Assembly: GCA_963791405.1 (NCBI GenBank)
Contig: CAWBSJ010000003.1
Location: 89,193 to 153,192 of the forward strand
Direction of reading: 5' to 3'
Length of the DNA stretch: 64,000 nucleotides
DNA from: an uncultured Solirubrobacteraceae bacterium
GTDB taxonomy: Bacteria > Actinomycetota > Thermoleophilia > Solirubrobacterales > Solirubrobacteraceae
In this document: positions 9,961-18,620 of the stretch, one piece after another
Layout of the letters: each line of letters begins with the position of its first letter
How positions within the stretch are numbered: position 1 is the stretch's first letter
Made by a program: the position numbers and the translations under genes
The notes under the pieces: generated by a model
Databases searched by the model: none
Told to the model about the DNA's origin: nothing
What the model saw: the letters and a program-made list of their open reading frames with translations, nothing else

Positions 9961-10260
9961 TCAGCCGCGCGGGCGGCGGCCGGCGAGCGAGCCGCGCTGC
10001 GCGAGCCGGCGGCGCCGGGCGCGGGTGGAGCGCGGGGCGCGCCGGGCGGCGTGCGGCGGCCCGTCGTGCGCGCCGGCGGCGGCGAGCTGCGCGATCAGCA
10101 CCGCGAGCACGACCTGGCGCGCGAGCTCGGCCTGCGGGCCGCTTCCGTGCTGGGCGCGCATGGCCCAGGCGAGGAACGTGCCGAGATCGCGCCGCATCTG
10201 CGCAAAGCGTGCCACACCGGCCGGATCCGCCCGGTCCGCGCGGTACGGTCGGCGACCCAT
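9961..10260 (-). CDS. hypothetical protein (99 aa), weak call
   Basis: Only ORF filling the gap. The central part is protein-like (DLGTFLAWAMRAQHGSGPQAELARQVVLAVLIAQL), but both ends are Arg-rich and it overlaps the annotated xseA start. Confidence 0.3.
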   Translation of the reverse strand: MGRRPYRADRADPAGVARFAQMRRDLGTFLAWAMRAQHGSGPQAELARQVVLAVLIAQLAAAGAHDGPPHAARRAPRSTRARRRRLAQRGSLAGRRPRG

Positions 10261-11669
10261 GCACCCCGAGGACCCACCCGCGCGCCGCGCGGCCCGACGG
10301 CATCCCCGGCTCGAGCCTCACCGGGCCGTGGCCGGTCGGGCAGTACGCCGACCGGCTGCGCGACCGGCTGCGCGGCATGGCGCGCGTGCAGATCTTCGGC
10401 GAGGTGTTCAACCTGCGGGCGGGCCGCGCCCGCGTCTGGTTCGAGCTGCGCGACGCCCGCGGGGCGCTGCCGTGCTCGATGTGGCGCGAGGACTTCGACC
10501 GGCTCCCGGCGCCGCTCGCCGACGGCATGCGGGTCGTGGCCGCGGGCGGCTGCGACTTCTACCCGGGCTCGCGCACGGCGTCGCCCGCCTTCTCCTTCAC
10601 CGTCTCCGACGTGCGCGTCGCCGGCGAGGGCGACCTGCTCGCCCAGCTCGACCAGCTGCGCCGCGCGCTCCACGCCGAGGGCCTGTTCGAGCCGCAGAAG
10701 CGGCTCCCGCGCGCCGCGCTCCCGCGCTGCATCGGCGTCGTGACCGGCGAGGGCGGCAAGGCGCGCGACGACGTGCTGGCCGGGCTGCGCCGGCGCGGCT
10801 GGGCCGGCCGGGTCGTCTGGGCGTTCGCGCCGGTCCAGGACCGGCGCGCGGCGCCCGCGGTCACCCGCGCGCTGCAGGACCTGGCGGCGTGCGAGGCCGT
10901 GGAGGCGATCATCGTCGCCCGCGGCGGCGGGTCGCTCGCCGACCTGTTCGCGTTCTGCGACGAGACGCTGTGCCGGACCGTCGCGCTGCTGCGGGTCCCG
11001 GTCATCGCCTCGGTCGGGCACCACACCGACCGGACGCTGATCGACGACGTCGCCGCGGTGTCGTGCTCGACGCCCACCCATGCGGCCGAGGCGGCCGTGC
11101 CGGTCGACTGCGTCGCCGCCCGCGCCCAGCTCCACGGGCTCGCGGCCCGGCTGGAGCAGCAGGGCCGGCGGGCGATCGTGGAGCGCGCGCGGACGCTCGC
11201 CCGGCTCTCGCGCGCGCCGGCCTCGCACGTCGCCCGCCACCGCACCCGGCTCCACCAGCACCTGCGCGAGCTGCGGGCCAGCGCCCGCCGCGGCCTCGCC
11301 GCCGAGCACCGCACGGTGGCGGCCGGCGCGACGGTGCTCGAGCGCCGCACGGCCGCGGCGCGCGCCGGGCTCGCGCGCGGCGCGACGCGGGCGCACGCCG
11401 ACGCCGCCGCGCTCGACCACGGCCGCGCCGCCGCGCTCGCCCGCCGCGCCGAGACGCTGGAGCGGCTCCGGCTCGCGCTCGCCGCCCACGACCCGCAGCG
11501 GACGCTCGAGCGCGGCTACGCCCTCGTCGAGGACGAGCACGGCACGCCGCTCGCGAGCGCCGCCGAGGCCCGCGCGCGCCCGCGCCTGGTGCTGCGGCTC
11601 GCCGACGGCACGCTGCCCGTCCGCCCCGATCCGTCGGACCCGGGTCCTAGCCTGTCGGAGCTGCCATGA
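10209..11669 (+). CDS. xseA: exodeoxyribonuclease VII large subunit
   Basis: Intact ORF with an OB-fold N-terminus (VQIFGEVFNLRAGRARVWFELRD) and catalytic core (IGVVTGEGGKARDDV, IIVARGGGSLADLFAF, ASVGHHTDRTLIDDVA). Start uncertain (ATG 10209, or ATG 10259 plus a shift). Confidence 0.9.
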   Translation: MPHRPDPPGPRGTVGDPCTPRTHPRAARPDGIPGSSLTGPWPVGQYADRLRDRLRGMARVQIFGEVFNLRAGRARVWFELRDARGALPCSMWREDFDRLPAPLADGMRVVAAGGCDFYPGSRTASPAFSFTVSDVRVAGEGDLLAQLDQLRRALHAEGLFEPQKRLPRAALPRCIGVVTGEGGKARDDVLAGLRRRGWAGRVVWAFAPVQDRRAAPAVTRALQDLAACEAVEAIIVARGGGSLADLFAFCDETLCRTVALLRVPVIASVGHHTDRTLIDDVAAVSCSTPTHAAEAAVPVDCVAARAQLHGLAARLEQQGRRAIVERARTLARLSRAPASHVARHRTRLHQHLRELRASARRGLAAEHRTVAAGATVLERRTAAARAGLARGATRAHADAAALDHGRAAALARRAETLERLRLALAAHDPQRTLERGYALVEDEHGTPLASAAEARARPRLVLRLADGTLPVRPDPSDPGPSLSELP

Positions 11670-11890
11670 GCGAGATCACGCTGACCTACGAGACGGCCTG
11701 CGCGCGGATCGAGGAGATCATCCGCCGGCTCGACTCCGGCGAGGCCGGCCTGCGCGAGACGCTCGAGCTCTGCCAGGAGGGCCGCAAGCTGGTCGAGTTC
11801 TGCGCCGGCGAGCTCGAGGCGGTCGGCCGCGGCCTCGAGGAGCTCAAGCTCGACGAGCTGGTCGCCCGGCTCGAGGCCGGCCGCGCCTGA
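11666..11890 (+). CDS. xseB: exodeoxyribonuclease VII small subunit
   Basis: 74-aa ORF. ATG overlaps the xseA stop (ATGA). LTYETACARIEEIIRRLDSGEAGLRETLELCQEGRKLVEFC is typical of XseB. Confidence 0.9.
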   Translation: MSEITLTYETACARIEEIIRRLDSGEAGLRETLELCQEGRKLVEFCAGELEAVGRGLEELKLDELVARLEAGRA

Positions 11891-11900
11891 CGGCGCGGGG

Positions 11901-12083
11901 TCAGTGCCGCCGCGCCGCCGCGGCGAGCAGCAGCTCGATCGCGAACGTGACGCCGCTGAGCAGGAACGCGATCCAGCCCCAGCCCGGCACGGAGAAGCCG
12001 CCGACGAGGAACGAGATCGCGAAGGCGATCAGCAGGACGGTCGAGAGCGCGCGCCAGAAGGAGGGCCGCGCGAGCAGGGTCAT
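11901..12083 (-). CDS. small membrane protein (60 aa, two predicted TM helices)
   Basis: ORF MTLLARPSFWRALSTVLLIAFAISFLVGGFSVPGWGWIAFLLSGVTFAIELLLAAAARRH has two hydrophobic spans. No family recognised. Confidence 0.4.
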   Translation of the reverse strand: MTLLARPSFWRALSTVLLIAFAISFLVGGFSVPGWGWIAFLLSGVTFAIELLLAAAARRH

Positions 12084-12117
12084 GCAAGGGGTACGGGGCC
12101 GCGCGCCGCGAGACGAG

Positions 12118-12801
12118 CTAGAGACCGTCGTCGGCCTTGACGAGGCCGGAGCGGAGCGCGAGCAGGGCGACCTCGGCGCGCTGCTCGGGCTGCGGCATGT
12201 CCGCCAGGCCGAACGAGCGGCCGAGGTGGTCGAGCTCGGTCGTGACGATCTCGGCCTCGATCCCCGTCGCCTTCGCGATCTCGGCGTCGCTCGCCGGCGT
12301 CAGGCCCTCGCCGTCGCCCATCAGCGGCCGGCAGAGCGCGCGCAGGATCCGCTGCTGCTGCTCGGAGAACTTCGGCGCGATCCCGAGCTCGCCCGGCGCG
12401 AGCGTCACCCCGAGCCCGCTCGCCCCCGGGTCGCAGAACGCGATCGACGTCTGCCCGATCCGCATCAGGTCGCCGTCCATCAGCCGCCGGCGCCCGTGGA
12501 TCCGCAGCCCGTTCACGTAGGTCCCGTTCTGCGAGAAGCCGTCGTCGCACAGCGTCCACTCGCCCGCCTTGAACTCGAGCTCGGCGTGCAGCCGCGAGAC
12601 CTCCGGGTCCCAGCCCAGCGGGACGTCCGCCTCCGAGCGCCGGCCGATCGTCACCGAGCCCGCCGCGTCGTCGAGCCCGACGATCAGCTGCGCGCCCCCG
12701 TCGTCGCGCAGCAGCAGGAACGGGTCCCCGCGCTGCTCCGCCTCACGGCGGGCGTCGAGGTCGTCGGGCGTGGCGAGGTCGAGGGCGAGCGGGGTGTCCA
12801 T
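12118..12801 (-). CDS. FHA domain-containing protein with C-terminal helix-turn-helix-like region
   Basis: Intact ORF. FHA core: VTIGRRSEADVPLGWDPEVSRLHAELEFKAGEWTLCDDGFSQNGTYVNG...GDLMRIGQTSI. ATG 12801 (TTG 12804 also possible). Confidence 0.85.
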   Translation of the reverse strand: MDTPLALDLATPDDLDARREAEQRGDPFLLLRDDGGAQLIVGLDDAAGSVTIGRRSEADVPLGWDPEVSRLHAELEFKAGEWTLCDDGFSQNGTYVNGLRIHGRRRLMDGDLMRIGQTSIAFCDPGASGLGVTLAPGELGIAPKFSEQQQRILRALCRPLMGDGEGLTPASDAEIAKATGIEAEIVTTELDHLGRSFGLADMPQPEQRAEVALLALRSGLVKADDGL

Positions 12802-13462
12802 CAACGGCGGAGAAGATGTTCAGCAGCGAGACGAAGATGTTCACGACCGAGACGAAGATGCCGGTCGCCAGCCAGACCGCGTCCGCCTCGGTCCCGTGCT
12901 TGCGCATGTAGTTGAAGTCGACCACGATCAGCGCCGCCGACAGCAGGTAGATGCCCGCGCTGATCCACGGGCTGACCGAGCCGGCGATCAGCGTGACGAC
13001 GACCGTGCCGCAGCAGGCGGCGAAGACGACGAGCGACAGCGGCCGCATCCACGGCGCGAGATCCTTCGACATGAAGAACCCGAGCGCGCCCGCGCCCGCG
13101 ACGGTCGCCGCCGTGCCCGCGAAGGCCTGCGTGAGCGCCGAGGTCTGGACGGTCGCGAAGTAGGCGATCACCGGCCCGAGCCCGAGCCCGATCACCAGCG
13201 CGGTCGCGAACAGCCAGAACATCGCGAACGAGCCGACCCGGAACCGCTCGCCGGCGAACGACGAGACCAGCAGCATCCCGAACCCGGCGAAGGAGAGGAT
13301 CCGCGCGGTGCCGACCGCCAGGTCGCGGCCCAGCCACGTCCCGAGCGCGGCGAACGCCAGCGCGACGGCGACGAGGAACATGACCTGGCCCAGCAGCTTG
13401 GTCGCGCTGATCGCGGCGGGCCGCGCCTCCTCGCGATACGACGTTCCGTAGAGCTCGCTCAT
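12743..13462 (-). CDS. Bax inhibitor-1/YccA family membrane protein
   Basis: Intact 239-aa ORF with about 7 hydrophobic segments and the family C-terminus (DFNYMRKHG...AVWLATGIFVSVVNIFVSLLNIF). The 3' end overlaps the FHA gene by 59-62 nt, so the last codons are uncertain. Confidence 0.85.
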   Translation of the reverse strand: MSELYGTSYREEARPAAISATKLLGQVMFLVAVALAFAALGTWLGRDLAVGTARILSFAGFGMLLVSSFAGERFRVGSFAMFWLFATALVIGLGLGPVIAYFATVQTSALTQAFAGTAATVAGAGALGFFMSKDLAPWMRPLSLVVFAACCGTVVVTLIAGSVSPWISAGIYLLSAALIVVDFNYMRKHGTEADAVWLATGIFVSVVNIFVSLLNIFSAVDGHPARPRPRHARRPRRPP

Positions 13463-13599
13463 ATCCGGGCGATTCTACGGTTCCGCGCGCGCCGCCTGCA
13501 GGGATTCCGGGCGGATCTCCGGGCGCCGGGCGCGCGCGCGCGGCGGGGCGGCCGGGCCGCCCGCGCGCGGACGGAGTCGGGGCGGGACGAGCGCCGCGC

Positions 13600-13624
13600 G
13601 GCGGGGCGGCCGGGCCGCCCCGCC
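13600..13624 (-). terminator. GC-rich hairpin downstream of the thiolase gene
   Basis: Perfect palindrome GGCGGGGCGGCC-G-GGCCGCCCCGCC, 12 nt after the thiolase stop. A near-copy lies at 13542..13564. Confidence 0.5.
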
Positions 13625-13635
13625 GCGCGAGCGGC

Positions 13636-14802
13636 TCAGACGCGCTGGATGATCGTGCCGGTGCCGAGGCCGCCGCCGCAGCACATCGTCACCATGCCGG
13701 TCTCCTTGTCGGAGCGCTCCAGCTCGTGCAGCAGCGTGGTCAGCAGCCGCGCGCCGGTCGAGCCGAGCGGGTGGCCCAGCGCCATCGCGCCGCCGTTGAC
13801 GTTGACGCGGTCCATGTCCGGCTTCAGCTCGCGCTTCCAGGCCAGGACGACCGGCGCGAACGCCTCGTTGACCTCGAACAGGTCGATGTCGTCGATCGTC
13901 ATCTTGTTGCGCTCGAGCAGCTTCCGCGTCGCCGGGATCGGGCCGGTGAGCATGATCACCGGGTCGACGCCGACCGTCGTCTGGTCGACGATCCGCGCGC
14001 GCGGGGTGAGCCCCAGCTCCTTCGCCTTGTCGGCCGACATCAGCAGCACCGCGGCGGCGCCGTCGGAGATCTGGGACGAGTTGCCGGCGGTGATCTTGCC
14101 GTCGGGCTTGAAGGCCGGCTTGAGCCCGGCGAGCGCCTCGAGGTTCGTGTCGGGCCGGATCCCCTGGTCGGCGACGTGGGTGTCGCCGTTGACCTGGATC
14201 GGCACGATCTCGCGCTCGAAGCGGCCCTCCTCGGTCGCGCGCGCCGCGCGCTGGTGCGAGCGGACGGCGAGCTCGTCCATCTCCGCGCGCGGGATCTCCC
14301 ACTGGTCGGCGATCATCTCGGCCGACAGCCCCTGCGGGACGAGGTCGTAGCGGGCCATGATCTCCGGCGGGTACGGCGTGCCGACGTCGTCGACCCACTT
14401 GAAGCCGATCCCCATCGGGATGTGGCCCATGTGCTCGACGCCGCCGCCGATCACGACGTCGTGGACGCCCGCGGCGATCAGCGCGGCGCCGAAGTTGACC
14501 GCCTGCTGGGCCGAGCCGCACTGGCGGTCGACCGTCGTCGCGGGCGTCTCGACCGGCAGCCCGGCCTGCAGCCACGCGTTGCGCGTGACGTTGAACATCT
14601 GCTCGCCGTACTGCTGGACGCAGCCGCCGATCACGTCCTCGACGGCGCCGGGGTCGATCCCGGCGCGGTCGATCACCTCGGTGAACGTCCGCCCGAGCAG
14701 CTCGTTCGGGTGCGTGTCCTTGTAGATGCCCTTCTCGGGATGGCCGCGCCCGACCGGCGTGCGGACGGCTTCGACGATGACGACTTCACGACCGGAATCC
14801 AT
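13636..14802 (-). CDS. acetyl-CoA C-acyltransferase (thiolase)
   Basis: Intact 388-aa ORF with thiolase motifs VDRQCGSAQQAV (active Cys), NVNGGAMALGHPLGSTG and CCGGGLGTG. Confidence 0.95.
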   Translation of the reverse strand: MDSGREVVIVEAVRTPVGRGHPEKGIYKDTHPNELLGRTFTEVIDRAGIDPGAVEDVIGGCVQQYGEQMFNVTRNAWLQAGLPVETPATTVDRQCGSAQQAVNFGAALIAAGVHDVVIGGGVEHMGHIPMGIGFKWVDDVGTPYPPEIMARYDLVPQGLSAEMIADQWEIPRAEMDELAVRSHQRAARATEEGRFEREIVPIQVNGDTHVADQGIRPDTNLEALAGLKPAFKPDGKITAGNSSQISDGAAAVLLMSADKAKELGLTPRARIVDQTTVGVDPVIMLTGPIPATRKLLERNKMTIDDIDLFEVNEAFAPVVLAWKRELKPDMDRVNVNGGAMALGHPLGSTGARLLTTLLHELERSDKETGMVTMCCGGGLGTGTIIQRV

Positions 14803-14850
14803 TGCTCGGGGAACCTCCGCATGCTCAAGGTTGGTCTGATTAGTGTAGGC

Positions 14851-14868
14851 GTTGACTCGTCAGTCAAC
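14851..14868. promoter_or_regulatory. operator-like palindrome GTTGACTcgtcAGTCAAC in the thiolase/hbd divergent promoter
   Basis: Perfect 7-bp inverted repeat with a 4-nt spacer in the 81-bp AT-richer region between the two beta-oxidation genes. Confidence 0.4.
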
Positions 14869-14883
14869 CGGGAGATCGACACA

Positions 14884-15667
14884 GTGTCAGAAAGGATCGG
14901 CATCGCCGGTGGAGGCGCCATCGCCTCCGGCCTCGCCTGCGTCGCCGCCGAGCACGGCCAGGTCGTGCTCTGGGCGCGCCGCCCCGGCGCCGCGACCGCG
15001 AAGGTCGAGCGCCTGATCGAGAAGCGCGGTGGGCTGGGCGCCGGCAACGTATCGGTCTCCGACGACCTCGACTCCCTGCTCGACGCGACGTTCGTGGTCG
15101 AGGCCATCGCCGAGGAGCATGACGCCAAGCTGGCGCTGCTGCGCCGGCTCGGCGGCGCGGCGACGAACGGGACGATCCTCGCGACGACGACGTCGGCGCT
15201 GTCGGTCAGCGGGCTCGCCGAGGCGACCGGCCGGCCCGGTCGCTTCGTCGGGCTGCACGTCTTCAACCCCGTCGCGAAGATGGACCTGATCGAGCTCGTG
15301 TTCCCGGCGGCCGCGGACGCCGAGACGCGCGAGCGCGCCCGCGCGTTGTGCGCGGCGCTCGGGAAGGTCGCCGTCGAGGTCCCCGACACGCCCGGCTTCG
15401 TCGTCAACCGGCTGCTGTTCCCGTACCTGTTCGACGCGGTCGCGGTGCTCGACGAGACCGGGCTCGAGCCGCAGGCGGTCGACGACTGCATGCGGATGGG
15501 CGCCGGCCACCCGATGGGCCCGCTCGCGCTGCTCGACTACGTCGGGCTCGACGTCGTCGGCCGCGATCGCCCGCTCGATCGGGTGCCCGGTCCCCGCGCG
15601 CGTCGAGGCGATGATCGCCGCCGGCGAGCTCGGCAAGAAGGCCGGCCGCGGCTTCTACGCGTACTGA
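14884..15667 (+). CDS. 3-hydroxyacyl-CoA / 3-hydroxybutyryl-CoA dehydrogenase, one frameshift near the 3' end
   Basis: GTG 14884. Motifs IGIAGGGAIASGLA (Rossmann), VVEAIAEEHDAKLALL, GLHVFNPVAKMDLIELV, PGFVVNRLLFPY. The C-terminus GELGKKAGRGFYAY is in a shifted frame, stop 15665-15667. Confidence 0.9.
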
Positions 15668-15747
15668 CGCGCGGCCGCTGCGGCCGCTCATTGAGAACGG
15701 TCGAGGAATGTTTAGGACAGATTGAGGTGACGTTGGGAGCATGCCCA

Positions 15748-15864
15748 TTGCGACGAACGTACCCCTCATCGCAACCCCTCCTCCAGAAACACTAAGGCCG
15801 CCGGACTCGCTCCCCTGAGTCCGGCGGCCTTATGTGTTTCTCTCGGTCGATCCTCCCCAGGATC
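15748..15864 (+). ncRNA. candidate small RNA with three C-rich-loop hairpins (6C-like); not verified
   Basis: Hairpins at 15748..15774 (loop contains ACCCCUC), 15793..15832 (16-bp perfect stem, loop GCUCCCCU) and 15849..15864 (GAUCCU-CCCC-AGGAUC). Four CCUCC motifs. Located in a low-GC gap between convergent genes. Confidence 0.35.
15793..15832. terminator. strong bidirectional terminator-like hairpin between convergent genes
   Basis: TAAGGCCGCCGGACTC gctcccct GAGTCCGGCGGCCTTA is a 16-bp perfect stem, followed by a T-rich tgtgtttctctc on the plus strand. Confidence 0.6.
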
Positions 15865-16020
15865 TCCCTCTCTCCTCCTCAACCGCCGAAGCGGTCTCGT
15901 CGGTGTGGCGGGCAAGGTAGCGCAGGTTGCACGTTTGTGCAATCCGTCACTCAGGTAGTTTTTCGCTACCGCTGTTAGGCCGCCGCGCGGACGAATCCGA
16001 ACGCGGTTCTGAACACGGGA

Positions 16021-17345
16021 TCAGTCCGCTGCGGGCGCCGCGGCGGGCGCCGGGCGCTCGCGGATCCGGACCGCCTCGATCCGGTTCTCGCGCACCGACT
16101 CGACCCGGATCGAGTAGCCGTTGTGGCGGATCGTGTCGCCGCGCTTGGGCAGCCGCCCCAACTCGCCGAACACGAAGCCGCCGACCGAGTTGTAGGCGTC
16201 GGAGTCGACCGGCAGCTCGAGGCCGTAGTCGGCGAGGTCGGCGATCGCCACGTGGCCGCGCACGAACCAGTCGCCGTTGCCGAGCCGCCGCACCGCCCCG
16301 CCGAGCGGGTCGGTCTCGTCGTCGATCTCGCCCACGACCTCCTCGATGATGTCCTCGACGGTGACGATGCCGGCCGTCCGGCCGTACTCGTCGATCACGA
16401 TCGCGAGCGAGGAGCGCTCGCGCTGGAGGTCGGCCAGCAGGTCGTCGAGCGCCTTGGTCTCGGGCACGATCGGCGCCTCGCGCACGAGCCCCTCGATCGT
16501 CGCGTCGGTGCCGTCCGTCAGCAGGAGCTGGGCGAGCGCGTTCGCGTGCACGATCCCCTTGACCCGGTCGTGGTTGTCGTCCTCGGTGACGACGAGCCGC
16601 GTGTGGCCGGAGGAGACGCAGCGCCGCAGCGCGGTCTCGACGTCCTCGGAGAGGTCGACGGTCACGATCGCGGGGGCGGGCGTCATGATCTGGCGCGCCT
16701 CCTGCTCGTGCAGGTGGAACACGCCGGTGAGCATCCCGGCCTCGCCCGCGTCGAGCTTGCCGCCGGTCAGCGACTGCTGGATCAGCACCTTGAGCTCCTC
16801 GGGCGTCTCCCCCTCCTCGAGGCCGCCGGCGGTCTTCACGCCGATCAGCCGCAGGATCGCGTTCGAGGCCCAGTTCAGCAGCGCGATGAACGGGTGGAAG
16901 ATCCGCGTGAAGAGGATCAGCGGGCGCGACACGAGCCGCGCGACGCCCTCCGCCCGCTGGATCGAGTAGATCTTCGGGACCTGCTCGCCGATCGTGATGT
17001 GCAGCGCCGTCGAGATCAGGTAGGCGAGCGCGAACGAGATCGATCAGCGAGAGCTCGTGCGAGATGCTCTCGCCGATGAGGTCCTCGAAGATCGAGGCGA
17101 TCGCCGGCTCGCCGAGGAAGCCGATGCCGAGCGAGGTCAGCGTGATGCCGAGCTGGCACGACGACAGGTAGCGCGACAGGTCGCCGGAGATCTCGAGCGC
17201 CTGCGCCGCGCCCTTGCGACCGGCCTTGCGCGTCCTTCTCGAGGTAGCCGCTGCGGGCGCGCACGAACGCGAACTCCGCGGCCACGAAGAAGCCGTTGAG
17301 GAGCACCAGCACGAGGACGGCGAGCAGGAAGAGCGCCGTGGTCAT
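16021..17345 (-). CDS. hemolysin-family / CNNM transporter-associated protein (DUF21-CBS-CorC_HlyC), frameshifted several times
   Basis: N-terminal DUF21 MTTALFLLAVLVLVLLNGFFVAAEFAFVRAR (17016..17345). CBS pair and CorC_HlyC C-terminus in ORF 16021..16932 (IMTPAPAIVTVD..., IVIDEYGRTAGIVTVEDIIEEVVGEI, GYSIRVESVRENRIEAVRI). The middle is recoverable only by frame changes. Confidence 0.85.
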
Positions 17346-17458
17346 GCGGTGCGGCGGCTGCGCCGGGACGGCGCGCCGCTACTTCGGGAGGAGTCGTCGT
17401 CGTTCATCGGGGCGACGGAGCGAATGTAGCAAGCGGCAGGGCGAACACCGCAGCGGGC

Positions 17459-17701
17459 TTACCCGCCGGTGACCCCGTCGATCCGCCGCGCGAGGTCGTG
17501 GTCCTTCTCGGTCAGCCCGCCGCTGTCGTGCGTCGTCAGCGTCAGGCGGACCTTGTTCCAGCCGTGGACGAGGATGTCCGGGTGGTGGCCGGCCTCCTCG
17601 GCGACGTCCGCCACCTGGTTCACGAACGCGATCGCGCCCGCGAAGTCGTCGAACGCGAAGTCGCGCTCGAGGGCGTCGGGGCGCTGGGACCACTGGCTCA
17701 T
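17459..17701 (-). CDS. 4a-hydroxytetrahydrobiopterin dehydratase
   Basis: 80-aa MSQWSQRPDALERDFAFDDFAGAIAFVNQVADVAEEAGHHPDILVHGWNKVRLTLTTHD carries the PCD/DCoH signature (E..HHPD....N.V.....TH). Confidence 0.9.
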   Translation of the reverse strand: MSQWSQRPDALERDFAFDDFAGAIAFVNQVADVAEEAGHHPDILVHGWNKVRLTLTTHDSGGLTEKDHDLARRIDGVTGG

Positions 17702-17722
17702 CCGTGCCTCCATACTTGTCGG

Positions 17723-18615
17723 GTGCGCATCGTCTCTCTCGTGCCGTCGGCCACCGAGCTGCTGTTCGCGCTCGGCGTGGGCGACGACGTCTGCGCCGTC
17801 ACCCACGAGTGCGACTACCCACCGGAGGCGCTCGAGCCTACCCAGGATCACCCGCGACCTGATCGGCCCCGGGCTGCCGCCGGACGAGATCGACCGCGCC
17901 GTGCGCGAGCTGACCGAGCAGGGCCGCTCGATCTACGAGCTCGACGAGCGCATGCTGCAGTCGCTCGCGCCCGACCTGATCGTGACCCAGGCGCTGTGCG
18001 CGGTCTGCGCCGTCTCCTACGACGACGTCCGCGCGATCGCCGAGCGGATGGACCCGGCGCCCGCGGTCATCTCGCTCGACCCGACCACGCTCGGCGAGGT
18101 GCTGGGCGACGTCCGCACGCTGGCCGGGGCGACCGACGCCAAGGACGCCGCCGTCGACCTGATCGCCGCCGCGGCGGCGCGGATCGACCGCGTGCGGCTC
18201 GCGGTGCGCGACGCGCCGCCGGTCTCCGTCGCCGCGCTCGAGTGGCTCGACCCCGTCTTCGTGGCCGGCCACTGGACGCCGCAGCTGATCGAGTACGCCG
18301 GCGGGATCGACCTCTTCGGCCTGCCCGGCGAGCACTCGGAGACCCGCACGTGGGAGGAGATCGCGGCCGCGCGGCCGGACGTCGTCGTCTGCATGCCGTG
18401 CGGCTACGACGCCGAGCGCGCGCTCCAGGAGGCCGAGACCTACGCCGACGAGCTGGCGGCGCTGGGCGCGCGGCGCGTGGTCGCGGTCGACGCCGTCCGC
18501 GTACTTCTCGCGCCCGGGGCCGCGGCTGGTCGACGGGCTCGAGCTGATGGCCCACATCCTGCACCCCGGCCTGGTGCCCGAGGCGCCCGGCGCGGTGCTC
18601 GAGCTCCCCCTCTGA
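17723..18615 (+). CDS. BtuF-like (cobalamin/siderophore-type) binding protein without signal peptide, frameshifted
   Basis: GTG 17723. RIVSLVPSATELLFALGVGDDVCAVTHECDYP, APDLIVTQALCAVC and EWLDPVFVAGHWTPQLIEYAGG are typical of the cluster A / PBP type 2 fold. The C-terminus FSRPGPRLVDGLELMAHILHP is in another frame, stop 18613-18615. Confidence 0.7.
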
Positions 18616-18620
18616 CGCCG

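Noticed and set aside
9953-9966. A 14-bp palindrome GGCTGACGTCAGCC (CRE-like TGACGTCA core) between convergent ORFs.
   Set aside because: It occurs once, could form only a 5-bp stem, and lies between two weakly supported hypothetical genes. That is insufficient to call a regulatory site or terminator.
8411-10528. Very long ORFs lie antisense or out of frame to recognised genes. Examples are 8411..10528(-) at 705 aa, 18754..21006(+) at 750 aa, 49518..52802(+) beyond ~50200, 51175..54906(-) as one 1243-aa protein, 4423..6264(-) and 28172..30505(-).
   Set aside because: Their translations are Arg/Pro/Ala/Gly low-complexity strings with no motifs. They overlap genes with clear homology on the other strand or frame. 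At >70% GC, stop codons are rare in all six frames, so long spurious ORFs are expected.
15668-15769. A minus-strand small ORF (ATG 15769, MRGTFVAMGMLPTSPQSVLNIPRPFSMSG...) preceded by a very strong SD-like GGAGGAGGGG.
   Set aside because: Third-codon positions are only about 50% G/C, against more than 90% in real genes here. The ORF continues antisense through the hbd 3' end without a plausible stop. The GGAGG strings are simply the complement of the CCUCC motifs discussed in the sRNA finding.
17346-17458. A Mg/Mn-sensing riboswitch (M-box or yybP-ykoY) upstream of the CNNM/CorC-type gene.
   Set aside because: The leader is only about 113 nt, and I do not recognise any of the conserved cores of those motifs. 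No call is possible by eye.
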